Part shown: positions 29,750 through 41,285 of the stretch, piece after piece
Layout of the letters: each line of letters begins with the position of its first letter
Position numbering within the stretch: position 1 is the stretch's first letter
From: an uncultured Gammaproteobacteria bacterium
GTDB lineage: Bacteria; Patescibacteriota; Microgenomatia; PFEM01; JAHIFH01
NCBI GenBank assembly: GCA_964347135.1
Contig: CAYFXA010000001.1
Span: 7,563 to 71,562 of the forward strand
Length of the DNA stretch: 64,000 bases
Reading direction: 5' to 3'
Program-made: the position numbers and the translations under genes
Notes under the pieces: generated by a model
The model's database searches: none
Told to the model about the DNA's origin: nothing
What the model saw: the letters and a program-made list of their open reading frames with translations, nothing else

Positions 29750-31852
29750 GCCCTGTTTGGCTTCGACTATTTTTTCAGTAATGTTAGCTGGAACTTCTTG
29801 ATAATGAGAAAATTCCATATAAAAGCTGGCCCTACCTTGGGTCATACTCCTGATTGTGGTTGCATAACCAGGTACTTCGGCTAAGGGTACCAAGGCGGTA
29901 ATCACCCGAATATTGCCTCGGGTATCTGTTCCTTGAACTTGAGCCCGCTTACTTGATAAATCACCAATAACATCACCCATAAAATCCTCAGGGGTGGTTA
30001 CCTCTAACTTCATAATTGGCTCTAAAAGGACTAAACCGGCTTGTTTAACCGCTTCCTGAAATCCAGCCGAACCCGCAATTTTAAAAGCAATATCAGAAGA
30101 GTCAACTTCGTGATAGCTACCATCATAAACGGCAACAGCTACATCGGTAATGGGATAACCAGCTAAAACACCCTTCTCCATTGCTTCCTTAACACCTTTT
30201 TCAATGGCAGGAATATAAACAGAAGGAATTGCTGTTCCCCGAATCTCATTTGTAAATTTAAAACCTTCACCCCGTCCCAAAGGTTCAACCCTTAAAAAAC
30301 AGTGTCCATATTGACCTCGACCACCAGATTGACGGATGTATTTGCCTTCTCCTTTGGCGGTTTTAGAAATCGTTTCTTTGTAAGCTACTTGGGGTTGACC
30401 CGTATTGGCTTCAACATTAAACTCACGCTTCATTCGGTCAACAATAATCTCCAAATGCAACTCTCCCATACCAGAAATAATGGTTTGGCCCGTTTCCCGA
30501 TCGGATTTAATCCGAAAGGTTGGGTCTTCTTCAGAAAGACGATTGAGGGCAGTGCCAAGCTTTTCTTGGTCAGCTCGAGTTTTTGGCTCAATGGCAAGAG
30601 AAATAACTGGCTCGGGAAAAGTAATTGATTCAAGAATAATTGGCTTATCTTTGTCAGAAAGAGTGTCACCAGTGGTGGCTTCTTTTAAACCCACAATGGC
30701 AATAATTTCTCCTGCTTCGGCAGAGTTAATTTGCTCTCGGTTATTGGCGTGCATTAATAGAAGCCGACCAGCGCGCTCAGACCTGCCCTGGCTACTGTTG
30801 TAAACTTCTTTACCGGCATCCAATTGGCCTGAATAAATCCGAACATAAGTTAAGCGACCAACATGGGGGTCGGTTTGAATCTTAAAAACCAAGGCAGCAA
30901 AAGGTCCTTTAGCATCACAAAGCCTGGTCTCCTCTTTGTTTGTCTTGGGATTAATTCCTTTTATCGCCGGGACATCAAGCGGATTGGGCAAAAAATCAAC
31001 CACTCCATCCAATATTGGTTGAACGCCTTTGTTTCGCAAGGAAGCTCCAGCGTAAACAGGCACAAGTTGATTAGCAATCGTCGCTTTGCGAATACCGACT
31101 TTCAATTCTTCAACACTTATTTCTTCGTTGCGTAAATACTTTTCCGTTAAAGCTTCATCTGCTTCAGCTACTCTTTCAATTAATTCTTCCCGATGTTTTT
31201 TAGCTTGTTTAACCAAATCAGCTGGAATTTCTTTGGTAATAAACTTCTCTCCAGTTTTATCCTTCTCTTCCCAAATCAAGGCTTTTTGGTTAAGGATGTC
31301 AACAACACCAACAAAATCTTTTTCCGCTCCAATGGGCATGGTGAGGATGATTGGCTTCGCCCCCAAACGCTCGACAATCATTTTGACTGTCCGCTCAAAA
31401 TCCGCTCCCAATTTATCCATTTTGTTAATAAAACAAAGGCGGGGAACTTGGTAGCCATCAGCTTGGTGCCAAACTTTTTCTGATTGAGACTGAACTCCTT
31501 CTTCGGCATCAAAAACAACGATGCCGCCATCCAAAACTCGAAGAGAGCGCTCTACTTCAGCGGTAAAGTCAATATGGCCAGGAGTGTCAATGATGTTAAT
31601 CCGGTGGTCACGCCAGAAAGTGGTTGTGGCAGCAGACATAATCGTAATCCCTCGCTCTTTTTCTTGCTCCATCCAGTCCATTTGGGTCGTCCCTTCATCA
31701 ATGTCGCCGATTTTGTAGGTTTTGCCAGTGTAATAGAGCACCCGCTCGGTGGTGGTTGTTTTACCGGCATCAATGTGAGCAATAATGCCAATGTTCCGCA
31801 CTTTCTTGATCGGAACTTTTCTTTTTTTGGCTGTTTCGTTTTTTTCCGCCAT
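29732..31852 (-). CDS. fusA: elongation factor G
   Basis: [18 protein letters not shown]; five-domain EF-G, 706 aa. Confidence 0.95.
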   Translation of the reverse strand: MAEKNETAKKRKVPIKKVRNIGIIAHIDAGKTTTTERVLYYTGKTYKIGDIDEGTTQMDWMEQEKERGITIMSAATTTFWRDHRINIIDTPGHIDFTAEVERSLRVLDGGIVVFDAEEGVQSQSEKVWHQADGYQVPRLCFINKMDKLGADFERTVKMIVERLGAKPIILTMPIGAEKDFVGVVDILNQKALIWEEKDKTGEKFITKEIPADLVKQAKKHREELIERVAEADEALTEKYLRNEEISVEELKVGIRKATIANQLVPVYAGASLRNKGVQPILDGVVDFLPNPLDVPAIKGINPKTNKEETRLCDAKGPFAALVFKIQTDPHVGRLTYVRIYSGQLDAGKEVYNSSQGRSERAGRLLLMHANNREQINSAEAGEIIAIVGLKEATTGDTLSDKDKPIILESITFPEPVISLAIEPKTRADQEKLGTALNRLSEEDPTFRIKSDRETGQTIISGMGELHLEIIVDRMKREFNVEANTGQPQVAYKETISKTAKGEGKYIRQSGGRGQYGHCFLRVEPLGRGEGFKFTNEIRGTAIPSVYIPAIEKGVKEAMEKGVLAGYPITDVAVAVYDGSYHEVDSSDIAFKIAGSAGFQEAVKQAGLVLLEPIMKLEVTTPEDFMGDVIGDLSSKRAQVQGTDTRGNIRVITALVPLAEVPGYATTIRSMTQGRASFYMEFSHYQEVPANITEKIVEAKQGLQKKK

Positions 31853-31948
31853 ATATATAATTCTACCAATTTTTAAGCAAACAAAAAACCGCCTCTGTCA
31901 AGAAGCAGGTTGGCTTCAAAATTATTTTAACAAAATCATGCCTGTAAT

Positions 31949-32299
31949 TCAAGCACCACGCTCCGGATGGATTCTTTTCGTTTCGTTAAGAAGTTCAGAC
32001 AACACTTTCTCGTTTTCTGTTTCAAAATGATGATCTTGGGTAAAACTTCTTACCTCCATCGTCCCAATTTTTCCTGAACCATCAAAGACATCAAAAACAT
32101 CGTGCTGAGGTAATCTGCCTAATCCTCTTTTAAAACGGTGGTGTTCAACACAAGCTTGAGCAAGACTGCCCTCGGCTCTAATAAAAAGTTTTTCTCCTGC
32201 CCATTCGCTCGCTTCACCTGCTTTCAAAGAAATTGAGCCAACAATCTTTTCCCGACATTCTTGACAAGTTGCTCTTGCTTTTGGTTTTGTTAACAACAT
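31949..32299 (-). CDS. hypothetical protein inserted between rpsG and fusA
   Basis: 116-aa ORF MLLTKPKARATCQECREKIVG... with CxxC and CVEHH; no family recognised. Confidence 0.45.
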   Translation of the reverse strand: MLLTKPKARATCQECREKIVGSISLKAGEASEWAGEKLFIRAEGSLAQACVEHHRFKRGLGRLPQHDVFDVFDGSGKIGTMEVRSFTQDHHFETENEKVLSELLNETKRIHPERGA

Positions 32300-32360
32300 A
32301 ATTTAAAACTGCCTCTTGGGCAGCTAATTAGGCACTGTTTATGCTAAAAAAGCTCAATTT

Positions 32361-32837
32361 TTACCACCGGAAATGGGCAAATGCCTTATTGGCTTCGGCG
32401 ATTTTATGGACTTCTTCTTTTTTGGCAACGGCGCCACCCTGCTTGTTGGCAGCATCCATTAGTTCGGCGGCTAACTTTTCGTAAAAGTGATGATATTCTT
32501 TATTGGAGCGTGCTTGGGCTGCTTGAATGAGCCAACGAATGGCCAATGACTCCCGCCTATCACCTTTAACCGGCATCGGTACCTGATAAGATGCTCCACC
32601 AACTCTTCGAGGACGAACTTCCATTTTCGGCTTAATGTTTTCCAAAGCTTTTTGAAAAATTTCTAGGGGGTTTTCTTTAGTCTTTTCCTCAACCAGATTA
32701 AAGGCATTATAAACGTGTTTTTGGGCAACCGTTTTTTTGCCTTGGCGCATCACTCGATTAATTAGCCGCGCTACAATCCGGCTTTGATAAACCTCATCAG
32801 CGGCAATAACCCTTTTGGGTGCTCTTTTACCCCTCAT
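32361..32837 (-). CDS. rpsG: 30S ribosomal protein S7
   Basis: Start at [10 protein letters not shown] (32837); S7 family. Confidence 0.9.
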   Translation of the reverse strand: MRGKRAPKRVIAADEVYQSRIVARLINRVMRQGKKTVAQKHVYNAFNLVEEKTKENPLEIFQKALENIKPKMEVRPRRVGGASYQVPMPVKGDRRESLAIRWLIQAAQARSNKEYHHFYEKLAAELMDAANKQGGAVAKKEEVHKIAEANKAFAHFRW

Positions 32838-33327
32838 CTCCCTCTCCTTTTGTCTCTTCTTTTTCTTCAGGTTTCTCTTCACCAGCTTCTTCACCTGGAC
32901 CAGTCACTTGGGCAACAACGCCGCCCTTTCGGGTGCCGTATTTAGAACGAGCCTTTTTCCGCCCGGTAACGCCGGCCGTATCAAATCTTCCCCGAACAAC
33001 GTGATATTTTACTCCTGGCAAATCCTTAACTCGCCCACCCCGAACCAAAACCACCGCGTGTTCAGCCAGGTTATGTCCTTCACCCGGGATATAGGCAGTG
33101 ACTTCTTTTTTATTAGAAAGTCGAACCCGAGCCACTTTTCTTAAAGCTGAATTGGGCTTTTTAGGCGGCATGGTCTTGACATGAAGAACCACTCCTCGCT
33201 TAAAAGGACTCATCGTTTCTGTCATCCGGCGGTCTTTGGCATTAAAAGTTTTCCGCAAAGCCGCGGCCTTTATTTTTTTCCTGGTTTTCTTCCTGCCCTT
33301 ACGGACAAGTTGACTGATTCTTGGCAT
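32827..33327 (-). CDS. rpsL: 30S ribosomal protein S12 (with acidic C-terminal extension)
   Basis: [12 protein letters not shown]...[11 protein letters not shown]; about 30 extra acidic C-terminal residues ([24 protein letters not shown]). Confidence 0.9.
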   Translation of the reverse strand: MPRISQLVRKGRKKTRKKIKAAALRKTFNAKDRRMTETMSPFKRGVVLHVKTMPPKKPNSALRKVARVRLSNKKEVTAYIPGEGHNLAEHAVVLVRGGRVKDLPGVKYHVVRGRFDTAGVTGRKKARSKYGTRKGGVVAQVTGPGEEAGEEKPEEKEETKGEGDEG

Positions 33328-33354
33328 GGTTAATTTCGAGCAACGCGAGAAACA

Positions 33355-33443
33355 AGGTTCTGAGCGAAGCTCAGGTTCTTATTTTACCAAATTTGAGCTC
33401 ATTTCTCAAAGAGAAATTAGGTTCTCGCGAAGCGAGGTTCTTA
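33355..33443 (-). repeat. structured rpoC-rpsL intergenic region: two copies of an AGGTTCT-hairpin-GGTTCTTA motif flanking a third hairpin
   Basis: Copy 1 is CTGAGC-gaa-GCTCAG (33360-33374). Copy 2 is CTCGC-gaa-GCGAG (33424-33436), overlapping the rpoC stop. Both are flanked by GGTTCT direct repeats. The middle hairpin is ATTTCTC-aaa-GAGAAAT (33401-33417). Confidence 0.5.
33381..33409 (-). promoter_or_regulatory. candidate str-operon promoter TTGAGA-17-TAAAAT embedded in the hairpin region
   Basis: Minus strand has TTGAGA (top 33404-33409, inside the middle hairpin), a 17-nt spacer, and TAAAAT (top 33381-33386). Copy-1 hairpin would form the 5' end of the rpsL transcript. Confidence 0.4.
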
Positions 33444-36400
33444 CTCTTCAATCTTAGCGCGTTCAGGGGTAACAGGAATAAGCCGGCCAATAATTACGTT
33501 TTCCTTAAGGCCAAGAAGGTTGTCTTCCTTACCTTCGGCGGCAGCATCAGTCAAAACATTGGTCGTTCGCTCAAAGGAAGCGGCTGAAAGCCAAGATTCA
33601 GTGTAAAGAGAGGAACGAGTAATTCCCAAAATTACCACCTGGGCTGAAGCAGGCTCACCGCCTTCTGCAAGAACCTTAGCGTTTTCTTCCTCAAACAAAG
33701 ACCGACTAAGAAATTGACCAGGCAATAAAGAAGTGTCTCCTGAAGTCTCGATACGAACTTTGTCACTCATCTTTCTAATAATTACTTCAAAATGTTTGTC
33801 TTGAATATGAATACCCTGGGACTCGTAAACCGTTTGTAATTCTTCAATCAAGTATTCTTGGGCGGCTTTCAATCCTCTAATTTCTAATATCTCGCGGACA
33901 TCAAGAGACCCAGTGGCCAATTGCGTCCCAGCGTCAATCAAATCACCATCACTAACCTTAACTTGACTAACCGCTGGCACCAGATATTCTCTTTCTTCAA
34001 CTGGCTTGACTCCTACACTTTTAATCCTAATTCGATAACCCTCCTCAGTTTCATCCACCGCCGCCTTTCCGGCTATCTCTGCTAAGGGAGCCAATACTTT
34101 TGGCTTTCGTGCCTCAAACAATTCTTCTACTCTCGGTAAACCTTGAGTAACATCAGAAACAACAATACCGCCAAAATGATGAGTTCTTAAAGTCAACTGA
34201 GTGCCGGGTTCACCAATAGACTGGGCCCCAACAACGCCGACGGGTGTCCCGACTTCGACTATCGACTTTGTTGAGAAATCCCAACCATAACACTGAACGC
34301 AAATACCATATTTAGTTTTGCAAGTCAGGGGTGAACGAATTTGAACTTTATTAACTTTATGCTTCTTCAAAAGGGAAAGGTTGTTTTCAGAAATTACTTC
34401 GCCTTTTTTAAGCAACACCTTTTTTGTTTTAGGACTAACCACCTTATCCGCCAAAACCCGCCCCAAAATTCTGCTTAAAAATTTCTCTCCTCGCCTCCCT
34501 GAGTGAACAATCTCAATTGATTCTTTAGTACCACAATCTTCCTCCCGAACAATAACGTCATGGGCAACATCAATTAATCGCCTGGTCAAATAGCCCGCAT
34601 CAGCCGTTTTCAAGGCGGTGTCTGTTAATCCTTTTCGTCCACCTCGGGCGGAAGTAATGTATTCAAAAACCGACAAGCCCTCTCTAAAATTAGACTTCAC
34701 CGGCAACTCAACAATTTTACCCACAGGGTCAACTACCAATCCCTGCATTGCCGAAAGTTGTTTGACCTGGTCTTTTGAAGCTCGTCCGACCTTGGCTTCA
34801 ATTATTAAACGAACACTATTCTCCGAATCAAATTTCTCCCAAGTCCTATCAGCAAGGTCTTCGGTGGTATCCATCCAAACCTCTTGAGTTAAACGCCGCC
34901 TCTCTTGGTCAGTAATTAATCCCTTATTGTAATTCTCTTCAATTTGGGCTACTTTTTTGTTTGCTTGTTCAATTATTTCTGGCTTCTCTTCTAAAATCTT
35001 ACAATCCAAAACTCCGAGCGAAAGTCCAGAAAGGGTTGAACCCCAGAAGCCAATTCTTTTAATATCATCAATCAACTTAACAACAGTTTGGGTATCACAG
35101 ACCTGCATTGCTCGAGTAATCAAAGCCTTAATCGTTGGTCCTTTAACAACATCATTGACAAAGGACAACTCTTTGGGTAAAATCCGATTAAAAATGACGC
35201 GTCCAGGGATAGTTTTTATAACTTCGCTGTCGGTTTTCACTTTAATCAATTGACGAAGATCAACTTTCTCCTCTTGATAAGCCAAAACCACCTCTTTTTG
35301 GGTGGAAAAAATTGTTGGATAAGTAGGTAATTTCTTATTAACCGAGGTGATAAAAAAGCAACCCAAAGCCATTTCTTTATTAGGAATGTCTATTGGCGAT
35401 CCATCCGATGGTTTAAGTAAATTTTTATCGGGAGCCATTAACTCCAAAGACTCTTTTTTCGCTTTCTCACCTAAAGGAACGTGAACCGCCATCTGGTCTC
35501 CGTCGAAGTCAGCGTTGTAACCAGAACAAACACAGGGATGAATTTGAATTGCTTCTCCTTCAATTAAAACTGGGTAAAAAGCTTGAATACCCAATTTATG
35601 GAGAGTTGGGGCTCGATTAAGCAAAACGGGATGGTCTTTGGTAATCCTTTCTAAGATATCAAAGACCTCTGGTGGTCTTTGTTCAAGAACATTTTTAGCA
35701 TTTTTGACGTTTGGTGCCACTCCTGTCAAAATCATCTCCCGCAAAACAAAAGGCTTAAACATCTCTAAAGCCATCTCTTTGGGCAAGCCACATTGATTAA
35801 GTCTCAATTCAGGTCCAACAACAATAACCGAACGACCCGAATAGTCAACTCGTTTTCCTAATAAATTCTGTCTAAAGCGTCCTTGTTTACCCCGCAGCAT
35901 ATCAGAAAGCGAACGCAATGGTTGACGACGCCGACGATAACGCCGAATTGGTCGTTTAGAAGCATCAATTAAAGTGTCAACCGATTCCTGGAGCATTCGC
36001 TTCTCATTGCGAAGAATAATTTCTGGTGCCCCTAATTCAATTAAATGCTTGAGTCGATTATTTCGGTTAATCACTCGGCGGTAAAGGTCATTCAGGTCAC
36101 TGGTAGCAAAACGACCGCCGGAAAGCTGAACCATTGGTCTTAAATCCGGAGGAATTACCGGCAGAATCTTTAAGACCATCCAGGCAGGATCAACCTCAGC
36201 TTTTCTAAAACCTTCAACCACTTGGAGTCTTTTAACTGCTTTAATGTGACGAGCACCCTTACTTTCCTTAACAACCGTTTTCAAATCAGCCGCCAATTTT
36301 TCTAGATCAATGTTTTTAACCGCCTCAAGGATTGCCTCTGCTCCCATGCCAACCTTGAAAAAGTCAGCCGCTTTGTATTCGACTAACTTTAGATACTCAT

Positions 36401-37145
36401 CTTCGCTAATAAGAACTTTTTCCTTCAGGCCTTTCACTAAATTAATAATCGCTTGATAAACCTCTTCGGCCCTTTCTCCTTCAGCTAAATATTCATCACG
36501 GAGGCTTTGAATTTTTTGCTTAATTTTAAGATCAATTTCCCCTAGAGCTAAAGCCAGTCTGTCTTTATCTTTAATCTCTTTTTTGGCCTTGACATTCTCC
36601 TGTTGACCTTCCTCTTTAGCTTCTTGAATTTTTTTCTCGCGCTCCTCTTTAAGAGCTTTCTTTTTTCCGGCCAAATCTTTTTCTAATCGTTCAATCGTTT
36701 TTTTCTGTTTTTTATTATCAACTTCCGAAGTTAAATATTGGGAGAAATAGATAACCGATTCCAAACCTCGAGGAGAAATATCTAAAAGCAACGACAGTTT
36801 TGAGGGAGTGCCTTTAAAAAACCAAATGTGGGCAACTGGTGAAGCTAGGTCAATATGACCCATTCGTTCTCGCCTTACTCGAGACTGAGTAACTTCAACA
36901 CCACACTTATCACAAACAATTCCCCGATAACGAATTCGTTTATATTTTCCACAATAACACTCCCAATCTTTAGTCGGCCCAAAGATTCGTTCGCAGAAAA
37001 GACCATCTTTTTCTGGTTTCAGAGTTCGGTAGTTGATTGTTTCTGGCTTGATAACCTCACCGTGAGACCAATCTTTAATCTCTTGCGGTGAAGCCAATTT
37101 AACCCTCAAACCAGAAAAATCAACAATGTTTTTACCAAATACCAT
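33441..37145 (-). CDS. rpoC: DNA-directed RNA polymerase subunit beta'
   Basis: 1234 aa; zinc-binding [20 protein letters not shown]; NADFDGD active site. Confidence 0.95.
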   Translation of the reverse strand: MVFGKNIVDFSGLRVKLASPQEIKDWSHGEVIKPETINYRTLKPEKDGLFCERIFGPTKDWECYCGKYKRIRYRGIVCDKCGVEVTQSRVRRERMGHIDLASPVAHIWFFKGTPSKLSLLLDISPRGLESVIYFSQYLTSEVDNKKQKKTIERLEKDLAGKKKALKEEREKKIQEAKEEGQQENVKAKKEIKDKDRLALALGEIDLKIKQKIQSLRDEYLAEGERAEEVYQAIINLVKGLKEKVLISEDEYLKLVEYKAADFFKVGMGAEAILEAVKNIDLEKLAADLKTVVKESKGARHIKAVKRLQVVEGFRKAEVDPAWMVLKILPVIPPDLRPMVQLSGGRFATSDLNDLYRRVINRNNRLKHLIELGAPEIILRNEKRMLQESVDTLIDASKRPIRRYRRRRQPLRSLSDMLRGKQGRFRQNLLGKRVDYSGRSVIVVGPELRLNQCGLPKEMALEMFKPFVLREMILTGVAPNVKNAKNVLEQRPPEVFDILERITKDHPVLLNRAPTLHKLGIQAFYPVLIEGEAIQIHPCVCSGYNADFDGDQMAVHVPLGEKAKKESLELMAPDKNLLKPSDGSPIDIPNKEMALGCFFITSVNKKLPTYPTIFSTQKEVVLAYQEEKVDLRQLIKVKTDSEVIKTIPGRVIFNRILPKELSFVNDVVKGPTIKALITRAMQVCDTQTVVKLIDDIKRIGFWGSTLSGLSLGVLDCKILEEKPEIIEQANKKVAQIEENYNKGLITDQERRRLTQEVWMDTTEDLADRTWEKFDSENSVRLIIEAKVGRASKDQVKQLSAMQGLVVDPVGKIVELPVKSNFREGLSVFEYITSARGGRKGLTDTALKTADAGYLTRRLIDVAHDVIVREEDCGTKESIEIVHSGRRGEKFLSRILGRVLADKVVSPKTKKVLLKKGEVISENNLSLLKKHKVNKVQIRSPLTCKTKYGICVQCYGWDFSTKSIVEVGTPVGVVGAQSIGEPGTQLTLRTHHFGGIVVSDVTQGLPRVEELFEARKPKVLAPLAEIAGKAAVDETEEGYRIRIKSVGVKPVEEREYLVPAVSQVKVSDGDLIDAGTQLATGSLDVREILEIRGLKAAQEYLIEELQTVYESQGIHIQDKHFEVIIRKMSDKVRIETSGDTSLLPGQFLSRSLFEEENAKVLAEGGEPASAQVVILGITRSSLYTESWLSAASFERTTNVLTDAAAEGKEDNLLGLKENVIIGRLIPVTPERAKIEE

Positions 37146-40100
37146 TACTCCTCCTTTTCTTTAACTACCGTTGCCCCAGCTGCCCGAGCCAGCTCTTCGG
37201 CCTCCTCTTTAGCTTCTTCTTCTTCCTCCAATTCTTCCTCTGTTTCCTCTTCTTTTTTAACCTCAACTACTCCAGTGGGTTCAATCTTCAAACCCAAACT
37301 GTTCAATTCCTTAACAAGAACCTTAAATGATTCGGGTACGGTTGACTCCGGAATTTGAGTGCCCTTGACAATAGCCTCAAAACTTTTGGCTCTCCCAACA
37401 ACATCATCGCTTTTAATCGTCAACATTTCCTGAAGAGTATTTGCTGCTCGGTGAGCTTCTAAAGCCCAAACCTCCATCTCGCCTAGGCGCTGACCACCCA
37501 TCTGTGCTTTCCCGCCCAATGGTTGTTGAGTCACTAAAGAATAAGGGCCAGTTGAACGAGCATGACTTTTGTCCTCAACCATGTGGGCTAATTTAAGCAC
37601 GTAACCAATGCCGACAACGCTTTTTTTGGCAAAAGGTTTACCGGTTCGACCGTCATAAAGAACAGCCTTACCTTTAGTTGGCAAGCCAGCCTTTTTTAGT
37701 TCTTGAGTAATTTTTTCTTCACCAATTTCTTCAAAAACAGGAAGGGCAACTTTGTAACCTTGTTTTTTAGCCGCCCAGCCAAGATGAGCTTCAAGTAACT
37801 GACCCAAATTCATTCTTGTGAGAACAGACAGGGGCGAAATGATGATGTCTACGGGAGTACCGTCTTCGAGATAGGGCATATCTGCCTCAGGAACAATTCG
37901 GGAAATCACTCCTTTATTACCATGACGACCAGCTACCTTATCTCCTACGGTTACCTTACGCACTTGAGCCACTTTAACAATCACTTTTTTAAGAGTTCCA
38001 GGTTCCAATTCATCCCCTTTGGCTCTATCAAGAATTTGAACATCAATCACTGTTCCTCTTTCACCATGGGGCATCCGTAACGAAGTGTCGCGCACCTCCC
38101 TCGCTTTCTCTCCGAAAATTGCCCGTAATAATCTCTCCTCGGCTGTTAGTTCCGTTTCTCCTTTGGGAGCAATTTTACCCACTAAGATATCATGAGGCCC
38201 AACTTCGCTCCCAACAACAACAATGCCATCTTCAGCTAGGTTAGCCAAATCCGCTTCACCCACATTGGGAATATCCCGAGTAAGTTCTTCAGGACCTAGT
38301 TTGGTCTCTACCACTGAAGCATCATATTCTTCGATAGTAATCGAGGTAAGAGCATCAATCTTAGCCACTTTATCAGAAATAATAATGGCGTCTTCATAAC
38401 CCAAGCCTTCAAAAGATGTGTAGGCAATAACCAAGTTTGTCCCTAAAGCCAATTCACCTTGATCACAAGAAGGACCATCAACCAACAAATCTCCTTTTTT
38501 TACTGTATCGCCAATTGAAACCAGAGGCCGCTGGGAATAACAGGTACTGGGACTTGTCCGCTTGAATTTAGCTAAATAGTAAGTTTCTTCCCGGCCTTTA
38601 ATTTTGATATTTTCTGTATCTTCTAAATCCGTTCTTTTATTTTTGATTTTCAAAGTTATCCTTTCGCTATCAACGTAAGTCACCTTGCCATCATGACGGG
38701 CTCTAACAACCCAGCCCATCTGCTCAGGAATAACTGTTTCAATACCAGTGCCAATAATGGGCGCTTGAGGTTTTACTAAAGGTACTGCCTGACATTGCAT
38801 GTTTGTTCCCATTAAAGCCCGGTTAGCCATATCATGGGAAAGAAAAGGGATCAAAGAAGCCGAAGTGCCAACTATTTGACGGGGAACAATATCAATATAT
38901 TCTATTCTTTCCACTGGTGCTTCCAAAAACTCTCCGTGATAGCGTACCGGAACCCAAACATCGGTAATAAAGCCTCTTTTGTCAATTCCTACGCCACTAT
39001 GGGTAATATAATGTTCTTGTTCGTCATCGGCCTGTAAATAAACAATCTCATCAGTTACCTTCATTCGGGTTTTACCTCGAACTTTCTTTTTCACTACCTT
39101 GCGATAGGGAGTTTCCATAAAACCATATTCATTCACCCGCGTAAAAAGAGCCATGTAAGTCACTAAACCAATGTTTGGTCCTTCGGGTGAGCGAACAGGA
39201 CAAATCCGACCGTATTGAGAGGCATTAATATCTCGAATCGAAAAACTAGCCCGTTCTCGGGTAATTCCTCCGGGACCAGTGACCGAAAGTCGACGCAGAT
39301 TATCAATTTCGGACAAAGGATTAACCTGGTCCAAAATTTGGGAAAGCTGGCTGGAGCGGAAAAATTCATTAATCAAAGCCATTACTGGTCGGGCATTAAC
39401 AAGCTGAACCGGACTTGCTTTTTCTTCAGTTGAAATCAGGCTCATTTTCTCCTTAATTGATCTTTCTAAACGAAGTAAGCCAATCCGAAAGACGGTGTCA
39501 GCCACCACTTCACCCACTCGACGAATTCGCCGATTGGATAAATGGTCAATATCATCGACTCGACCTTCACCATTTTGGAGTTTAATTAAATAGCGAACGG
39601 CAGCAACAACGTCCTCTTGACGAAGAATCCAATTTTTTTTGGTATTAGACGTTTTTAAACCAAGCCGCTTGTTGGTTTTGTAACGACCGACTTTCCCTAA
39701 ACTATAACGACGAGAATCGAAAAACATATTTTCGAACATTTCTCGAGCATTTTCTAAAACCGCGGGTTCACCGGGACGCATTTTCTGATAAATCTCAATT
39801 AAAGCCTCCTCTTTGGTTTTGGTGGGGTCTTTTTCTAAGGTAGCCAAAATGTAGTCCTTGCCCTCTTTAATTAGATCTTTAAAAGTATCAATTATTTCCT
39901 CATCACTAACTAGACCAAAAGCCCGTAACAAAACGGTAACCGGGAATTTTCGCCTTCTGTCCAAGCGGCAACTAATGATATCATTGCGATTGATATTGAG
40001 CTCTAGCCATGAACCTCTTAAAGGACGGACTTCTGCGTTATAAAGGAGACGACCGCTCACTCGATCAATCTCACCAAAAAAGAAGGCGCCTGGGGCGCGA

Positions 40101-40501
40101 ATAATCTGGCTAATTACTCCTCTCTCAATCCCATTAATAATAAAAGTTGCCCGCTCAGTCATTTGGGGAATATCACCTAAGAAGACTTCCTTACTTACTT
40201 TACGACCCGTTTTTTTATTGATTAGGGTGGCTTCTACTCTAAGGGGAGCATCGAAGGTTAAGCCTTTTTTGGTTGCTTCCACAGGAGTGAGTCGGGGTTT
40301 ATCAAAATGATACTTGCCGAAGGTCAATTGCCAATTTTTGCCAGTAAAGTCATCAATTGGAGAAACTTCCTCCAATGCCTCCTTAATCCCTTCGTCAATG
40401 AACCACTGATATGATTCTCGCTGAGTTTCCAGGAGGTTTAATTGAGGCAGGTTTTTATATTCTTTACCCCAGTTTAGGCGCTTCGGCTTAGAGGCGGGCA
40501 T
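37145..40501 (-). CDS. rpoB: DNA-directed RNA polymerase subunit beta
   Basis: Start at MPASKPKRLNWGK (40501), which aligns with canonical beta N-termini; the track start at 40555 would be an N-terminal extension. 1-nt overlap with rpoC. Confidence 0.95.
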   Translation of the reverse strand: MPASKPKRLNWGKEYKNLPQLNLLETQRESYQWFIDEGIKEALEEVSPIDDFTGKNWQLTFGKYHFDKPRLTPVEATKKGLTFDAPLRVEATLINKKTGRKVSKEVFLGDIPQMTERATFIINGIERGVISQIIRAPGAFFFGEIDRVSGRLLYNAEVRPLRGSWLELNINRNDIISCRLDRRRKFPVTVLLRAFGLVSDEEIIDTFKDLIKEGKDYILATLEKDPTKTKEEALIEIYQKMRPGEPAVLENAREMFENMFFDSRRYSLGKVGRYKTNKRLGLKTSNTKKNWILRQEDVVAAVRYLIKLQNGEGRVDDIDHLSNRRIRRVGEVVADTVFRIGLLRLERSIKEKMSLISTEEKASPVQLVNARPVMALINEFFRSSQLSQILDQVNPLSEIDNLRRLSVTGPGGITRERASFSIRDINASQYGRICPVRSPEGPNIGLVTYMALFTRVNEYGFMETPYRKVVKKKVRGKTRMKVTDEIVYLQADDEQEHYITHSGVGIDKRGFITDVWVPVRYHGEFLEAPVERIEYIDIVPRQIVGTSASLIPFLSHDMANRALMGTNMQCQAVPLVKPQAPIIGTGIETVIPEQMGWVVRARHDGKVTYVDSERITLKIKNKRTDLEDTENIKIKGREETYYLAKFKRTSPSTCYSQRPLVSIGDTVKKGDLLVDGPSCDQGELALGTNLVIAYTSFEGLGYEDAIIISDKVAKIDALTSITIEEYDASVVETKLGPEELTRDIPNVGEADLANLAEDGIVVVGSEVGPHDILVGKIAPKGETELTAEERLLRAIFGEKAREVRDTSLRMPHGERGTVIDVQILDRAKGDELEPGTLKKVIVKVAQVRKVTVGDKVAGRHGNKGVISRIVPEADMPYLEDGTPVDIIISPLSVLTRMNLGQLLEAHLGWAAKKQGYKVALPVFEEIGEEKITQELKKAGLPTKGKAVLYDGRTGKPFAKKSVVGIGYVLKLAHMVEDKSHARSTGPYSLVTQQPLGGKAQMGGQRLGEMEVWALEAHRAANTLQEMLTIKSDDVVGRAKSFEAIVKGTQIPESTVPESFKVLVKELNSLGLKIEPTGVVEVKKEEETEEELEEEEEAKEEAEELARAAGATVVKEKEE

Positions 40502-40530
40502 CACTTTTAAAATCCGGGTATGAAAAAGTA

Positions 40531-40573
40531 GCCGTAAAATCTCGTACGGCAACAAAGCGTACCTATCGTACGC
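40531..40573 (-). other. two hairpins in the rpoB 5' leader (GCCGTA-8nt-TACGGC and GCGTAC-5nt-GTACGC)
   Basis: Perfect 6-bp inverted repeats at 40531-40550 and 40557-40573, both built around CGTACG. They lie 30-72 nt upstream of the rpoB ATG. Confidence 0.35.
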
Positions 40574-40683
40574 CTACCCTAATACTTAACTGTTGTCAAA
40601 ATAACATAAAAACCCTAATTCGTCAAGAGGTATTTTCCGTTTGAAAATTGACCTTAGTAATTAATCCTTGCTACAATCATCTT

Positions 40684-40851
40684 ATGCTATTTACTATTTT
40701 TAAAATCGCTGCCCTTTGTTTAATTATTATTCTTGTTTTAAAGGCTCTTAGAATAGTTTTTGTTCCAGTTAAGATAATTAAGTGGCTGATTTTAATAGGC
40801 GTGGCGATTTTCTTGCTGGTAATGGCAAGAAACTATATAGGAGTTTTTTAA
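40684..40851 (+). CDS. small hypothetical membrane protein (2 predicted TM helices)
   Basis: 55-aa hydrophobic ORF MLFTIFKIAALCLIIILV...; no RBS seen; may be spurious. Confidence 0.25.
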   Translation: MLFTIFKIAALCLIIILVLKALRIVFVPVKIIKWLILIGVAIFLLVMARNYIGVF

Positions 40852-41264
40852 AGCAACCTTTTCTTCGCTTTTTCTAACTCTTCATAGAGTCCAGGAATAA
40901 GATCATAATTTTTGGCTTCCCCAAGAGTTACCCAGGCAAAATCAGTAAAATCATCACCTAGTTTCACTCTCCCCGATTTATATCTACAACCAAATGTCAA
41001 ACCAATGACATGATAGCCATCAGGACGAGTGAATTCATAATCATTTAAAAAGATAAATTCACCTCCTACTTTAACTCCCACCTCCTCCTCTATCTCTCGA
41101 TAAAGAGTTATTTCGCAATCATCTGGCGCCTCCACCTTACCTCCAGGTACCGTCCACATTCCCGGAAAGGCGATTTCATCCTCTTTGCGCTTAATAATTA
41201 AAAACTTACCATCTTTTTCAATAACAGCAGTAACGGCGACAATGTGAAATTTCTTCTTATCCAT
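40848..41264 (-). CDS. NUDIX hydrolase
   Basis: Nudix box GGKVEAPDDCEITLYREIEEEVG. Confidence 0.8.
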   Translation of the reverse strand: MDKKKFHIVAVTAVIEKDGKFLIIKRKEDEIAFPGMWTVPGGKVEAPDDCEITLYREIEEEVGVKVGGEFIFLNDYEFTRPDGYHVIGLTFGCRYKSGRVKLGDDFTDFAWVTLGEAKNYDLIPGLYEELEKAKKRLL

Positions 41265-41285
41265 TTTTTCACTGTTAAAAGTGGT

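Noticed and set aside
30302-31483. Multiple ORFs on both strands inside fusA
   Set aside because: Antisense or out-of-frame ORFs within EF-G; no motifs.
32819-33144. Plus-strand ORFs overlapping the rpsL/rpsG junction
   Set aside because: They are antisense to S12 and S7, and the translations are Ser/Pro/Phe-rich noise.
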